From Methanotrichaceae archaeon (GTDB lineage: Archaea > Halobacteriota > Methanosarcinia > Methanotrichales > Methanotrichaceae): a stretch of DNA of 64,000 bases. The number at the start of each line of letters is the position of its first letter. Positions within the stretch are counted from its first letter, which is position 1. Below, piece by piece: positions 19,936 through 30,269 of the stretch. The notes under the pieces were generated by a model. The model was not told where the DNA came from, ran no database searches, and worked only from the letters and a program-made list of their open reading frames with translations. The position numbers and the translations under genes were made by a program. The stretch is from positions 147,953 to 211,952 of the forward strand of contig CAWDLW010000023.1 of assembly GCA_963803145.1 (NCBI GenBank). The letters are read 5' to 3'.

Positions 19936-20262
19936 CTAAAGAAGACACATCAGTGGGTAGTTCTTTTCGGGATCATACCTCAGCCTCGCTCGAACAACCT
20001 CACCCTGGTAGTCGATCTCAACCTCTGCATCAATCATCCTGCCCTCAAGCTCCCCATAGCCAAAGAGATTTCGTTTCAGCATATCTCTGTTAATGCTGAC
20101 TTTGACGGACTTCACATAGGGCTGGAGTGATATGCTTTTCTGGATAGCCTGCTCAAGGCTGGAGGCCGTTTCGACGCTTACGGGCGTCCCCACGAACTGA
20201 TGATATAAAGCGCCGAGCTTGATCCCTGCCTCAAAGGCAGCTATCTCTCTCTTCGCAGGAAT
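19936..20262 (-). CDS. mptD: archaeal dihydroneopterin aldolase
   Basis: REIAAFEAGIKLGALYHQFVGTPV, SISLQPYV, FGYGELEG, YPLM; probable ATT start at 20262. Confidence 0.85.
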   Translation of the reverse strand: MPAKREIAAFEAGIKLGALYHQFVGTPVSVETASSLEQAIQKSISLQPYVKSVKVSINRDMLKRNLFGYGELEGRMIDAEVEIDYQGEVVRARLRYDPEKNYPLMCLL

Positions 20263-20909
20263 GGCATCACCACCGGACTTGCTATGTACATTACCATTGT
20301 AGTAATAATAGAGTAAGGCAGAACTGCAGCATAATATCCACCCTTCAAAATCCAAATCGCAAAAATAACTATCAGACAGATCAGGACCAATGAAGCAATA
20401 GCCTGAAGGCTGCGGACCTTGGGATAGGGGATGCTGCTTACCATGAGCGCTGATAACACAATCATTAATGCCAGAGTAAGCTCTGGCCAGTCCAGGAGAA
20501 CGCTTGCTGCAACGGTAATACCACAGGGGGGTATCGGAAGACCTTCGAAGAGATGATCGTTTTTGGGCGACAAATTGAACCTGGCAAGCCGGAGCATTCC
20601 GCAAGCAAAATAAATAGCTCCGACAGCCACGGTGAGCCAAGATAGTCTGAAGGCCATAGATACAAAAACAGCTGGTGCAACTCCGAATGAAACAAGATCT
20701 GCAAGGGAATCCAGGTTCGCGCCAAGAGGTCCCGATCCAAATCTTCGTGCCAGAAACCCATCTAAGCCATCTGCAGTCGCTGCTAGAATTATGAGAAGCA
20801 CACAGATATCGGATCTACCGATATATGCGGCCATTATTGAGCCAAAGCCGAGAAACGCATTTAGAAGCGAGAGAATGTCCGGCAGCCTTATGATACTTAA
20901 TATATTCAT
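20241..20909 (-). CDS. pssA: archaetidylserine synthase (CDP-alcohol phosphatidyltransferase)
   Basis: DGLDG..AR......G..LDSLADLVSFGVAPA, RLARFN, FEGLPIP. Confidence 0.92.
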   Translation of the reverse strand: MNILSIIRLPDILSLLNAFLGFGSIMAAYIGRSDICVLLIILAATADGLDGFLARRFGSGPLGANLDSLADLVSFGVAPAVFVSMAFRLSWLTVAVGAIYFACGMLRLARFNLSPKNDHLFEGLPIPPCGITVAASVLLDWPELTLALMIVLSALMVSSIPYPKVRSLQAIASLVLICLIVIFAIWILKGGYYAAVLPYSIITTMVMYIASPVVMPFLRRER

Positions 20910-21493
20910 TCACGCTTCACCGCTATAATCGATTCGCCTGCATGAACCTTCTCGCCGTTTTCGACGCAGATCTCAAAACCCGGAGGAATAGTAACCTCAA
21001 CACGTGAGCCAAAGCGGACCATGCCTATTCTCTCGCCCCTGGAAACACTATCTCCTGGACTAACATAACAGATTATATCTCTGACGAGAGAGCCTGATAT
21101 CTGACGGATCTCTATGTCGCCATAATTTGTCTCGAGCAATATCCTAGTTTGATCGTTTCTGGTTGCGGACTCCAAAAATGCTGGTGTGTGTCCGCCTTTT
21201 TTGCGTTCGACTGCTTTGACAAGCCCGCTCAGTGGCGCCCTGTTTACATGCACATCCCAGGGGCCCATGAAGACTGCAATCTTATTCTGTTCAGCCGGCA
21301 GCACTCTACCATCGGCTGGCGACAACATTCCATCTCCTTTTGGCGCCCGATCAGGGTCACGGTGAAAGAATATTATGAAAATTGAACCAACAAGTGCAAC
21401 CGATGATGCATACCAGTTCCCCACTGCCGCCAGAAGTGCAGTTATGAAAATGGGAATTGATATCCAGGCGGTTGAATTCTTAGCAAGCTTCAA
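20906..21493 (-). CDS. psd: archaetidylserine decarboxylase proenzyme
   Basis: FFHRDPDR, SPADG, VHVNRAP, RFG|SRV pyruvoyl site. Confidence 0.92.
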   Translation of the reverse strand: MKLAKNSTAWISIPIFITALLAAVGNWYASSVALVGSIFIIFFHRDPDRAPKGDGMLSPADGRVLPAEQNKIAVFMGPWDVHVNRAPLSGLVKAVERKKGGHTPAFLESATRNDQTRILLETNYGDIEIRQISGSLVRDIICYVSPGDSVSRGERIGMVRFGSRVEVTIPPGFEICVENGEKVHAGESIIAVKRE

Positions 21494-22296
21494 GCAGTGC
21501 CTCCAGGATGCCTGATCTCCATTTCGAGTTCATCTATAGTTGTCAAAAGCTCCGGCAGGAGAATGAAAACAAGATATGCTACCGATAATAGCGCTATCAT
21601 CGAGCCAAATTTTGCTATAACATTATGAGCCACGTAAAAGCTATCGTTTCCGAACCAGTTCCATCCATATGCCATGATAACAAAGGCGTTTCTAAATACA
21701 TTTAATATATATATAGTCAGGATTGATGATACAAGTGCTGTAGCTTTGCGCTTTATAGGTGCATTTACGGATACAATCACACCTGCGAAGAGCGCTATGC
21801 TCTCAATGGCAGTGCAAGCCAATATAATTTCAACAGATCTGCCATTGAGGATCAGGACATTCCATCCTTCCACTGAGACCGGAATCGAGAATGCTTGTAG
21901 TAGCTCTGCCGTGATCATTGTGGTGTGTCCGATAAGCCATGATCTGAGCGGCTCTAGCTCTGCGAATGGGTAATAGATGATCCCACAGATAGCTGCAGCA
22001 TATCCCGCCCAGGATGATGCTTGAGATTTTCCTTTAATCAGTATTACAAAAGCGAGGTAAATGCAGAAGAGCGCTGCAACTACAGCTAGAATTGCGTTGA
22101 AATAATCCTCTGTACTCAGATAATTATACGGCTGCTCCAGCCAGTAAAGGCCGAACATTATCCAGCCGAGGGATGCGATAATACCAGCATCTATCAGTGC
22201 AGATGCTAGGAGAAGGATCAAGCTCAGCCAGAGTACATTTGTAGTCAGCCAGGCTGCGATCATCGAGAGTAAGAGAACCACAGGTTTATTTAGCAT
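21490..22296 (-). CDS. artA: archaeosortase A
   Basis: Multi-TM protein; ILACTAIESIALF, NVFRN, AHN..AK catalytic motifs; real start may be ATG 22263. Confidence 0.88.
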   Translation of the reverse strand: MLNKPVVLLLSMIAAWLTTNVLWLSLILLLASALIDAGIIASLGWIMFGLYWLEQPYNYLSTEDYFNAILAVVAALFCIYLAFVILIKGKSQASSWAGYAAAICGIIYYPFAELEPLRSWLIGHTTMITAELLQAFSIPVSVEGWNVLILNGRSVEIILACTAIESIALFAGVIVSVNAPIKRKATALVSSILTIYILNVFRNAFVIMAYGWNWFGNDSFYVAHNVIAKFGSMIALLSVAYLVFILLPELLTTIDELEMEIRHPGGTA

Positions 22297-22366
22297 TGTC
22301 TACTTACATCAATCTATCGCGGCCTTCGGCGACTGCGAAAGATCTCTCCCATAGGTATGATTCAAT

Positions 22367-25300
22367 ATGGAAATACGACAACTGATCCTGATCTCTGCAG
22401 TAGGAATTGCGCTTTTGGCTTTGGTAGCGGCTGCACCTTATGCTGATGCAAGCACTGCCAAAATCGATCCTGCCCTGGCTAAAAGGATAGACAATGGATT
22501 GAATGAGAAAATACCTATAATAATGATGCTCAAGGGCAAAAGCACACCGGATCTAACGGATATGGACGTTAAATACAGATATCGCCTCATAAACGGTATT
22601 GCAGGAGGAGCTACACCTTTAACCATAAAACGGCTCTCAGAGAGCGATTCTGTTGATGAGATCTATCTGGATAACTCTACCCATATATCCGCTCCAGCCG
22701 CAGGTGCTTCAGGAAGCGAGTCGATAAGTCCGGCAAAATATGTCAATGCTGATAAACTCTGGGCAAAGGGAATAGATGGGAAGGGCATTACAGTCGCCGT
22801 TATTGATTCTGGAATCGATAAAAACCATCCGGATCTCGAAGGCAAAGTTGTGGGCGAGAAAAACTTTGTGGATGATGAGATCTCAGCCGACGATCTTCTT
22901 GGCCACGGCACAATGGTCGCGGGCATCATCGCAGGCTCAGGGGCTGCATCAGGTGGAAAATACAAGGGAATTGCCCCTGGCGCAAATTTGCTCAACGTTA
23001 AGGTTATAGATAGCGGTGGAAACGGAAAGGTCTCTGATATAATCGCCGGAATAGAGTGGGCCATATATAACGGTGCAAATGTCCTCACCCTAAGCCTAGG
23101 CGGCCTGAACCTTGGGGAGACAAATCCGCCGATAACTATGGCCGCAGACAACGCAATGGACGAAGGCGTTGTCGTGTGTGTAGCAGCCGGCAACCGCAAT
23201 AGTACAACAGTACAGAGCATGACCGAGCCAAACACCGCCGCAGATGCACCTGTAAATATCCCCGCAGATGCTTCCACAAAAGCGAGCTCCGGATCTATAA
23301 GCGCGAGTCAGATAGATCTATCTCAAATAGGACGAAGCGCGAACAGAAATGTTCTGCTGCTTGTTGTCCCGATAGTTCTCGCTCTACCGCCAGGCCTGAT
23401 TGATTCGCCAGGAGACGGCATTAGGGTAATAACTGTAGGAGCGTCCGATTATCTGGGGCATGTGGCAAACTTCAGCGGATCCGGGCCTACTAGAGACGGC
23501 AGAACAAAACCAGATGTTGTCGGACCCGGCGTAGATGTTATATCAGCAGTTCCCCCAGGGCTAGAGAAGCCAGAGTACTTGGATATTTATTACGCCAAGG
23601 AATCAGGAACAAGTCTATCTACACCAGTTGCTGCAGGTGTTTCAGCCCTGCTGCTGCAGGCTCAAAAGAATTTGACACCTGCTGGAGTAAAAGCCGCACT
23701 TACGAATGGCGCAAAAAATCTCAATGATACTCTTGGTGAGACGTACGAAGTTTACTATCAGGGGTCCGGCCTTATCGATGCTCTGGGCTCCTATGAAAAT
23801 CTCAGCAATGATCTATGCGGGGTCGAGCCCAATAAATGGACTCCGGGCAGATGGGCCTATCTCCCTGCTGGCAAGGGAATATATGTAGGCTTGAATGCTG
23901 GAGCAGACCGGCCTCAGAAGAAGCTCTACTCTCTCGCTCCCGGCGATGAGGACTGGGCTACCCAGTTCACCTTCTTCACAAACAAAGAGAGATCCAATTT
24001 GACAACGTCCGTCTCAGGATCAATTGCCAATTGGGTGAGCATTCAGTCGCTTCCCAAAAGCATTCCTGCCAATGGACAAAGGGTCTTTGGGGCTGCGATA
24101 ACTGTGCCGAACGGCACAACGCCAGGGATATACAATGGATCCATTGATATCCTTGATGACGGAAAAATGCTAACATCAATACCGGTATCTGTAAATATCG
24201 CGGGGCCGATAGTGGTTCAGAGGGGCAGTGGATCTGCGGCCGGTTCCATAAAGGGCAGCGATTGGCGTTACTTCTATCTCGATGTGCCTTTAGGCACAAG
24301 CGACCTCAAGGCCAAACTGAGCTGGAAGAGCACCAGTACCATTGACCTATTCCTGCTTTCTCCAACGAGCGAGTACTACTCCGGCAAGCAGAATGGCAAT
24401 CTTGAGGATATAGATATCCAGGACCCACCATCGGGCCGCTGGCTGATGGCAGTCCATGGCGAAAAGCTCTCGGTTCCTGAAAATTATACCCTGAGTATGG
24501 AGCGTTCGCTTATCGATAGCTTTCCTAAGAGATGGAACGTAGGGACAATATCGCCAGGTGGTACCGCAAATGTTGAATTTACAGTGGAGAACAGAGGACC
24601 GCCTCTGAATAACCTGAGCTATCAAGGACTGATCGAAAATATAACAACTTCGGACCTGTACGGAAGTGTCGGAAACAAGAAAATATGGGAGAGCAGTCTA
24701 GACATCCAGCCTGAGACCAGACGAATATCCGCAAAGCTCAGCAAAGAGGGAAACAGCAGCGAGCTGTTGTTCTTGTTTGAGGACCCAAATGGGGAGCCAG
24801 CTGATGCTGCCCTTGGAACCGAGAACCTAGGGCCGATAGAGGCCCTGAATCCAGCTACAGGCATATGGAAGATGAGAGTTTATGGATATAGCGTGCCCAC
24901 AGTAGAACAGCAGTTCGATGTAAAGCTGACACAATATGCGGATGAGCACTGGACCTGGATAGCGACCAATGGCCCTAAGACAATAGATAGCGATTCCAGT
25001 GCTACTGTCGATGCAAGCATCGCGGTGCCGAAAAACACGTCTGTCCATAATCTTGAGGGGTATATAGAGATCTCCTCTGCCGATGCCAATAGATCAATCC
25101 AGATACCTGTTAGCGTGAATGTTGCGAGCTCTTACCTCGAAGGACTGAACTACTCAGACGTAGAGGATTCCAATAAAGATGGGTACTTCGATAATCTGGT
25201 TTTAGGATTTGGGGTAAATTCGACGACCTCAGGCAGTTACGAAGTTGAAGGGACTCTTACTGACTGCGCAGGAAATCTTATAGATCAGTTCAACCGCAGT

Positions 25301-25909
25301 TCAAGGCTTAATGGACACGGCATAATAAATGTAACTGTGAATGGAAGCGCGATCTGGAAGATAGGAAAATGCGCGCCTCTAAGAGTTGAGAACCTCCTTC
25401 TATACAGCGATCGCGGAGAGTTACTCGACAGATATAACGGCAATATAACACTGAACAGAAGCCCTAATGAATTCCAACCGCCTGCAGCATATCTCACAAG
25501 CGAATTTACGAATGAAACCGCACCCGGCAAAATAAGAATAGGGGTAGGCGCAGATGTGATAAAGCCCGGCACCTATCAGGTCAGCGGCAAGCTGGTTGAT
25601 GATAATGGAGATGAACTCGGCACAGACACAATCTCAAGCAAACTCGATGCCGGAAATACGACCCTTTATCTGGAGTTCAATCCTACAAAGTTTGCGATGA
25701 TGGGAAAAAGCTCTAGGCTGCACCTTGTAGATCTTGCATTAGCTTTGAATGGCGCAGAGCTGGAGCGTAGGGATACGGCATGGATCAGCGGACTCATGAA
25801 TCCAAATGGGCTACTGTCCGGAATCTCTGCTGTTATCAAGACTAATAACAGTACCAGCAGCACATCAGGCGTCGTGAAGAGGGAGAACGGCATGGCAGTG
25901 ATATCCTGA
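22367..25909 (+). CDS. large secreted S8 subtilisin-like protease with PPC/Ig-like C-terminal domains
   Basis: Signal peptide and propeptide; VIDSG, GHGT, AAGN, SGTSLSTP. Confidence 0.92.
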   Translation: MEIRQLILISAVGIALLALVAAAPYADASTAKIDPALAKRIDNGLNEKIPIIMMLKGKSTPDLTDMDVKYRYRLINGIAGGATPLTIKRLSESDSVDEIYLDNSTHISAPAAGASGSESISPAKYVNADKLWAKGIDGKGITVAVIDSGIDKNHPDLEGKVVGEKNFVDDEISADDLLGHGTMVAGIIAGSGAASGGKYKGIAPGANLLNVKVIDSGGNGKVSDIIAGIEWAIYNGANVLTLSLGGLNLGETNPPITMAADNAMDEGVVVCVAAGNRNSTTVQSMTEPNTAADAPVNIPADASTKASSGSISASQIDLSQIGRSANRNVLLLVVPIVLALPPGLIDSPGDGIRVITVGASDYLGHVANFSGSGPTRDGRTKPDVVGPGVDVISAVPPGLEKPEYLDIYYAKESGTSLSTPVAAGVSALLLQAQKNLTPAGVKAALTNGAKNLNDTLGETYEVYYQGSGLIDALGSYENLSNDLCGVEPNKWTPGRWAYLPAGKGIYVGLNAGADRPQKKLYSLAPGDEDWATQFTFFTNKERSNLTTSVSGSIANWVSIQSLPKSIPANGQRVFGAAITVPNGTTPGIYNGSIDILDDGKMLTSIPVSVNIAGPIVVQRGSGSAAGSIKGSDWRYFYLDVPLGTSDLKAKLSWKSTSTIDLFLLSPTSEYYSGKQNGNLEDIDIQDPPSGRWLMAVHGEKLSVPENYTLSMERSLIDSFPKRWNVGTISPGGTANVEFTVENRGPPLNNLSYQGLIENITTSDLYGSVGNKKIWESSLDIQPETRRISAKLSKEGNSSELLFLFEDPNGEPADAALGTENLGPIEALNPATGIWKMRVYGYSVPTVEQQFDVKLTQYADEHWTWIATNGPKTIDSDSSATVDASIAVPKNTSVHNLEGYIEISSADANRSIQIPVSVNVASSYLEGLNYSDVEDSNKDGYFDNLVLGFGVNSTTSGSYEVEGTLTDCAGNLIDQFNRSSRLNGHGIINVTVNGSAIWKIGKCAPLRVENLLLYSDRGELLDRYNGNITLNRSPNEFQPPAAYLTSEFTNETAPGKIRIGVGADVIKPGTYQVSGKLVDDNGDELGTDTISSKLDAGNTTLYLEFNPTKFAMMGKSSRLHLVDLALALNGAELERRDTAWISGLMNPNGLLSGISAVIKTNNSTSSTSGVVKRENGMAVIS

Positions 25910-25924
25910 ATCCTCCTTCACTGA

Positions 25925-26602
25925 TCAGAGATTTCTGGAGATATTTGATAGCCTATTTATCAGCCAGTTGGTTATGAACCCTGTCAGGAAGCAGATAAAC
26001 ATCAAGGAGAACTCCTTGTTCTCAGAGTTAATGTTGAAGGCAATTAGGCCTGAGCTGAAGACCAGGTAGGCTATATATCCAAAGATAAGGCTCAGCAGGG
26101 GGATGGCTGTGTACCATGCCCGCTTATATCTAACAACTGTCTTCTCCCTGCGAAGATCATCTATCACTCCAGAAAGTATCTGCGCCGACGAGCCAAGGCC
26201 AGCGAAGAATGGTGCCCAGAGAGGGACTGATAGGATAGTTACATTGGCGTAACTATAGATAAGATAACTGAAAAGAAGGATTGCCAGCATGCCGAAAATG
26301 AGCGCGTATAGCCCATAAAGCTTGAAGAAATAGGCGATGGTCCGAAGGCTTTGAAACCTAAGACCTCTAACATCAAGCTTGGCATCATTTATCGCAGTTG
26401 TCAGCTCATATCTTGAGCGATCGAAATATAGAAATGCATCCGTTAGGTTGGCCTTGTCGAACTCTTTCAATGCCAGTATGTAGAAGTCATAGCTGCTTTT
26501 GATATCGATTGAGCTTCGGTGAGCTGCCTGAAGCATGCGATTTAATCTCTGGAGATCTTTTTCCAACACATCAGATCCCGTTGGGCAACCTTTCGAATCC
26601 AC
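25925..26602 (-). CDS. hypothetical membrane protein
   Basis: Soluble helical N-terminus plus about 4 TM segments. Confidence 0.65.
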   Translation of the reverse strand: MDSKGCPTGSDVLEKDLQRLNRMLQAAHRSSIDIKSSYDFYILALKEFDKANLTDAFLYFDRSRYELTTAINDAKLDVRGLRFQSLRTIAYFFKLYGLYALIFGMLAILLFSYLIYSYANVTILSVPLWAPFFAGLGSSAQILSGVIDDLRREKTVVRYKRAWYTAIPLLSLIFGYIAYLVFSSGLIAFNINSENKEFSLMFICFLTGFITNWLINRLSNISRNL

Positions 26603-26853
26603 AATTAATTACTTACTGAATTAGTATATATAGCTTTTCATGGACTTAAGAAAATGGTAAAATAAATATTTTAATATCATTTAAATTTAGATACGACCAT
26701 AGCTGATGGTTTATGCTTGGCAGCTTATCCATGAACCTGATAAACCTCGATTAAAATTAAATGTCAATAAATCGTATAAGTTTTAAAGATCCATAAAATA
26801 AATTATTAGAAAAGAAATAAATTTGATTATGCAATTATATCTCGCCTAATTAG

Positions 26854-27063
26854 CTAGCTCGTGGCAGTTTGCCTTGCCTGCTTTATCTGCCTCATGATCT
26901 TTCTCTTGAGAGATCCCTTTCGTCTAACATCGCAAGAGAGGTCCTTTCCCTTCCTATCGGTCAAGCTGAGGAGATTTATTTCATCTATTATGCTCTCTGC
27001 TATATCACAGCACTCATCTACAGCGTCTTTCTTATGCAAGTCGGTCTTCATAAAGTTCCTCAC
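26854..27063 (-). CDS. small hypothetical protein
   Basis: 69-aa charged ORF in an AT-rich intergenic region. Confidence 0.35.
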   Translation of the reverse strand: MRNFMKTDLHKKDAVDECCDIAESIIDEINLLSLTDRKGKDLSCDVRRKGSLKRKIMRQIKQARQTATS

Positions 27064-27342
27064 GGCATTAGTTATAACATCCTACTAAAAAAATTTTTCT
27101 GTTTAGAGGAGAAAAAAGTATCCTTAAAAATTCATGTAAATTTAATAGATATAGAGACATAGTGATAAAAGCAAACCTATTAACTGTGGTGAATGTTACT
27201 GAAAATTATCATGAGAATCAAATGCACAGGATCCATTTTGACTTGAAAATCTACGGAATCACTTATTGGCGCTTTTCAGTTGTTCACTTACGTGACGAAC
27301 CAGGCGGTCATACTTTAATACTTTACCGGATAGTTATATGTC

Positions 27343-27906
27343 ATGCCAGATGATCAGATCTTCTGCCCCGTCTGCGGCATAGAGACCGAACACAACACTA
27401 TAAAATCGGGGCAGGAGAAGCTTGTACGGTGTACAGGTTGCGGGGAGGTCCATTCGCTCCGGAAGGAGCGGGAAAGGGCTGGAGATGTTAGAGTCATTGT
27501 GAACAAGGATGGAACATCGATGCCTTATCATATCCGACTCCCATTAAATGAAGAGCTGCATGTCGGAAATGAGCTGCTGGTGGATGATGAACGCCAGGAC
27601 GTTGTGATGACAAAGATCACATCTATTGAAACCGATCGCAGAGTAGATGTTGCCTTAGCAGGCGAGATCAAGACGGTCTGGGCGAGAGCAATAGATAACG
27701 TGACAGTGAAGGTGGCTGTTTTTAGAAATGGTAAGACACAATCGCTGAAGTTGCCTACACCAGGGAGTGAGATTTTTGAACTTGGCGAGGTTAGAGATAT
27801 CGATAGAGTGAAGTTCAGGGTAATGAAGATAAAGCTTCGCGGCGAGGGATTCGCGGATAGGGCAGAGGCAAAGGATATCCTCAGGGTATGGGGTAGAGAA
27901 CTTTGA
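27343..27906 (+). CDS. archaeal Zn-finger protein (HVO_0476/COG1326-like)
   Basis: CPVC...EH...VRCTGCG.VH; VWARA motif; directly upstream of pcm. Confidence 0.8.
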   Translation: MPDDQIFCPVCGIETEHNTIKSGQEKLVRCTGCGEVHSLRKERERAGDVRVIVNKDGTSMPYHIRLPLNEELHVGNELLVDDERQDVVMTKITSIETDRRVDVALAGEIKTVWARAIDNVTVKVAVFRNGKTQSLKLPTPGSEIFELGEVRDIDRVKFRVMKIKLRGEGFADRAEAKDILRVWGREL

Positions 27907-28532
27907 GGATAAACGATTTGCTCGATGGCATGAAGGACCAAATAAATGAGCGCGTTATAAATGCGATGAAAAAAGTTCCCAGAGATCTGTTTGTGCCTGA
28001 AACGCTCAGATCAAGCGCACACGATGACACTCCTCTTCCTATCGGCTACGGCCAGACGATATCTGCACCCCATATGGTTGCCATAATGTGCGAGCTACTT
28101 GATCTCAAAGAGGGGTTAAAGGTGCTCGATATCGGAGGGGGGAGCGGTTATCATGCAGCGGTTATGGCAGGGCTGGTGGGCCCCCAGGGGCATGTTTATT
28201 CTGTTGAGCGGATACCTGAACTCGCGGAGCAGGCAAAGAAGAACCTCAAAGAGGCTGGCATTGCCAATGTAACTGTTGTACTCGGCGATGGGAGCAAAGG
28301 CCTAGAGGAATATGCTCCTTTCGATAGGATCAATGTGGCTGCCACAGCGCCCCGTGTGCCTGAGTTGCTCATAAAGCAGCTCAAACCTGGAGGAAGAATG
28401 GTCATACCTGTGGGGTCAGGTTTCCAGAATCTCATGCTGGTCACAAGGAATAATGGATATGTGATCGAGGAGAAGCTGCCTGTAGCTTTCGTGCCTCTTA
28501 TTGGTGAAAATGGATTTAGGGAATACTTCTAA
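27903..28532 (+). CDS. pcm: protein-L-isoaspartate O-methyltransferase
   Basis: [37 protein letters not shown]. Confidence 0.95.
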   Translation: MRINDLLDGMKDQINERVINAMKKVPRDLFVPETLRSSAHDDTPLPIGYGQTISAPHMVAIMCELLDLKEGLKVLDIGGGSGYHAAVMAGLVGPQGHVYSVERIPELAEQAKKNLKEAGIANVTVVLGDGSKGLEEYAPFDRINVAATAPRVPELLIKQLKPGGRMVIPVGSGFQNLMLVTRNNGYVIEEKLPVAFVPLIGENGFREYF

Positions 28533-28573
28533 ATACCGTCTGAACATCCCTTGAACTGTTCCGGAATGTGTGA

Positions 28574-30088
28574 GTGATGAAGCCTTTAGCTATCATAATC
28601 ATGGACGGCTTCGGCGTGAGCCAGGATGAGAAAGGCAATGCCATAGCCATGGCACGAAAACCTAATTTTGATAGGTTCTTGCAAAAGTATGCCAGCACGA
28701 CCTTAAATGCATCAGGTCTGGCAGTTGGCCTGCCAAAGGGTCAGATGGGAAACTCAGAGGTCGGCCATCTTAACCTGGGTGCTGGCAGGATCGTTTACCA
28801 GGGCTATACAAGGATCAACCTGGCAGTTGAGGATAGAACGATTCGCGAAAATCCTGTTCTCATTAAGGCGATGGAGGATGCTACAGGCGGCAAGCTCCAC
28901 CTTATGGGTTTGCTATCAGATGGGGGGGTACATAGCCACATCACCCATCTATATGCCCTGCTGGAAATGGCTAAGGCGAGTGGGCTAAAAAGGGTTTATG
29001 TGCATGCCATCCTCGATGGCAGAGATGTTCCCCCTAAGAGCGCACTGACATATTTCCATGATCTCGCTGATAAGATCAAGCAGATAGGCGTAGGCAATGT
29101 TGCAACAGTTGCAGGGCGCTACTATACCATGGACAGGGATAAACGCTGGGACCGAGTGGAAAAGGGCTATCGTGCCATGACCGCGGGCATTGGACTCAAA
29201 GCAAAAAGCCCTGAAGATGCCGTGACCAGAGGGTATGAGAGAGGCGAGACGGATGAGTTCCTGATGCCGACTGTGGTGGATCCGAAGGGTCTGGTCGAAG
29301 ATGGCGACAGCATCATATTCTTCAACTTCCGGCCAGATAGGGCACGTGAGATCACGAGGGCCTTCGTTGATAGTGGATTCAGCGAGTTTTCCAGAAAGCA
29401 TCTGTTGATACATTTCACCTGCATGACTCAGTATGATGCGACAATAGATATACCCGTTGCCTTTCCTGCACAGAACCTGGCTGAAACATTGGGAGATGTG
29501 ATCAGCAAACACGGTCTGCGACAGCTTAGGATAGCTGAGACTGAAAAGTATGCTCATATCACATACTTCTTCAATGGCGGCAAGGAGGAGCCCAATCCTA
29601 ACGAGGACCGCGTTCTTATACCGTCTCCTAAGGTCGCAACCTACGATTTGAAGCCTGAGATGAGTGCCTACGAGGTAACTGATGCTGTAATAGAGAGGAT
29701 CAAAAGCGAAGCCTATGATCTCATAGTTATGAACTATGCAAATCCGGATATGGTTGGGCATACTGGAATATTTAACGCAGCTGTAAAAGCTGTCGAGACT
29801 GTGGATAGCTGCATTGGCCGAGTTGTTGATCAGATACTTGCTCAAGGAGGCGGAGTGCTACTGATCGCCGATCACGGCAATGCAGAGAAGATGGTCGATG
29901 AGGTAACAGGCCAGCCGCATACTGCCCATACCACAAATCCTGTGCCGTTCGTGCTCATACTGAACGATGGAATAAAGCATGAGCTGAGAAATGACGGAAT
30001 CCTGGCAGATGTAGCTCCAACAGCCCTTGAACTCCTCCGGGTGCATAAGCCCGATGTGATGACAGGAAAATCATTGATTGTGAGATAA
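28574..30088 (+). CDS. gpmI: 2,3-bisphosphoglycerate-independent phosphoglycerate mutase
   Basis: GQMGNSEVGH, DGGVHSH, AETEKYAH, NPDMVGHTG, ADHGNAE. Confidence 0.95.
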   Translation: MMKPLAIIIMDGFGVSQDEKGNAIAMARKPNFDRFLQKYASTTLNASGLAVGLPKGQMGNSEVGHLNLGAGRIVYQGYTRINLAVEDRTIRENPVLIKAMEDATGGKLHLMGLLSDGGVHSHITHLYALLEMAKASGLKRVYVHAILDGRDVPPKSALTYFHDLADKIKQIGVGNVATVAGRYYTMDRDKRWDRVEKGYRAMTAGIGLKAKSPEDAVTRGYERGETDEFLMPTVVDPKGLVEDGDSIIFFNFRPDRAREITRAFVDSGFSEFSRKHLLIHFTCMTQYDATIDIPVAFPAQNLAETLGDVISKHGLRQLRIAETEKYAHITYFFNGGKEEPNPNEDRVLIPSPKVATYDLKPEMSAYEVTDAVIERIKSEAYDLIVMNYANPDMVGHTGIFNAAVKAVETVDSCIGRVVDQILAQGGGVLLIADHGNAEKMVDEVTGQPHTAHTTNPVPFVLILNDGIKHELRNDGILADVAPTALELLRVHKPDVMTGKSLIVR

Positions 30089-30269
30089 TAGTATGTTTTA
30101 TTGCTATTGAACGAGCATTGCTACAGAACGAATATTGCCACGGAACGAACGAGGTTCAACTCCAAAATGCTATGGTTCTCAGGTAAAGATTGAACAAGTT
30201 CTAACTCGATACCTGCATCATCATTATCTCGTGAAGTCGCTTGCTGCATTCCTGCTAGCAGGTCCGATG

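Noticed and set aside
20263-20640. 234-aa version of the mptD ORF
   Set aside because: The N-terminal extension is an alternative frame of pssA with no protein-like character
28985-29845. Long antisense ORFs (also 33466-34266, 40095-40775, 42003-42737)
   Set aside because: Shadows of well-supported genes on the opposite strand
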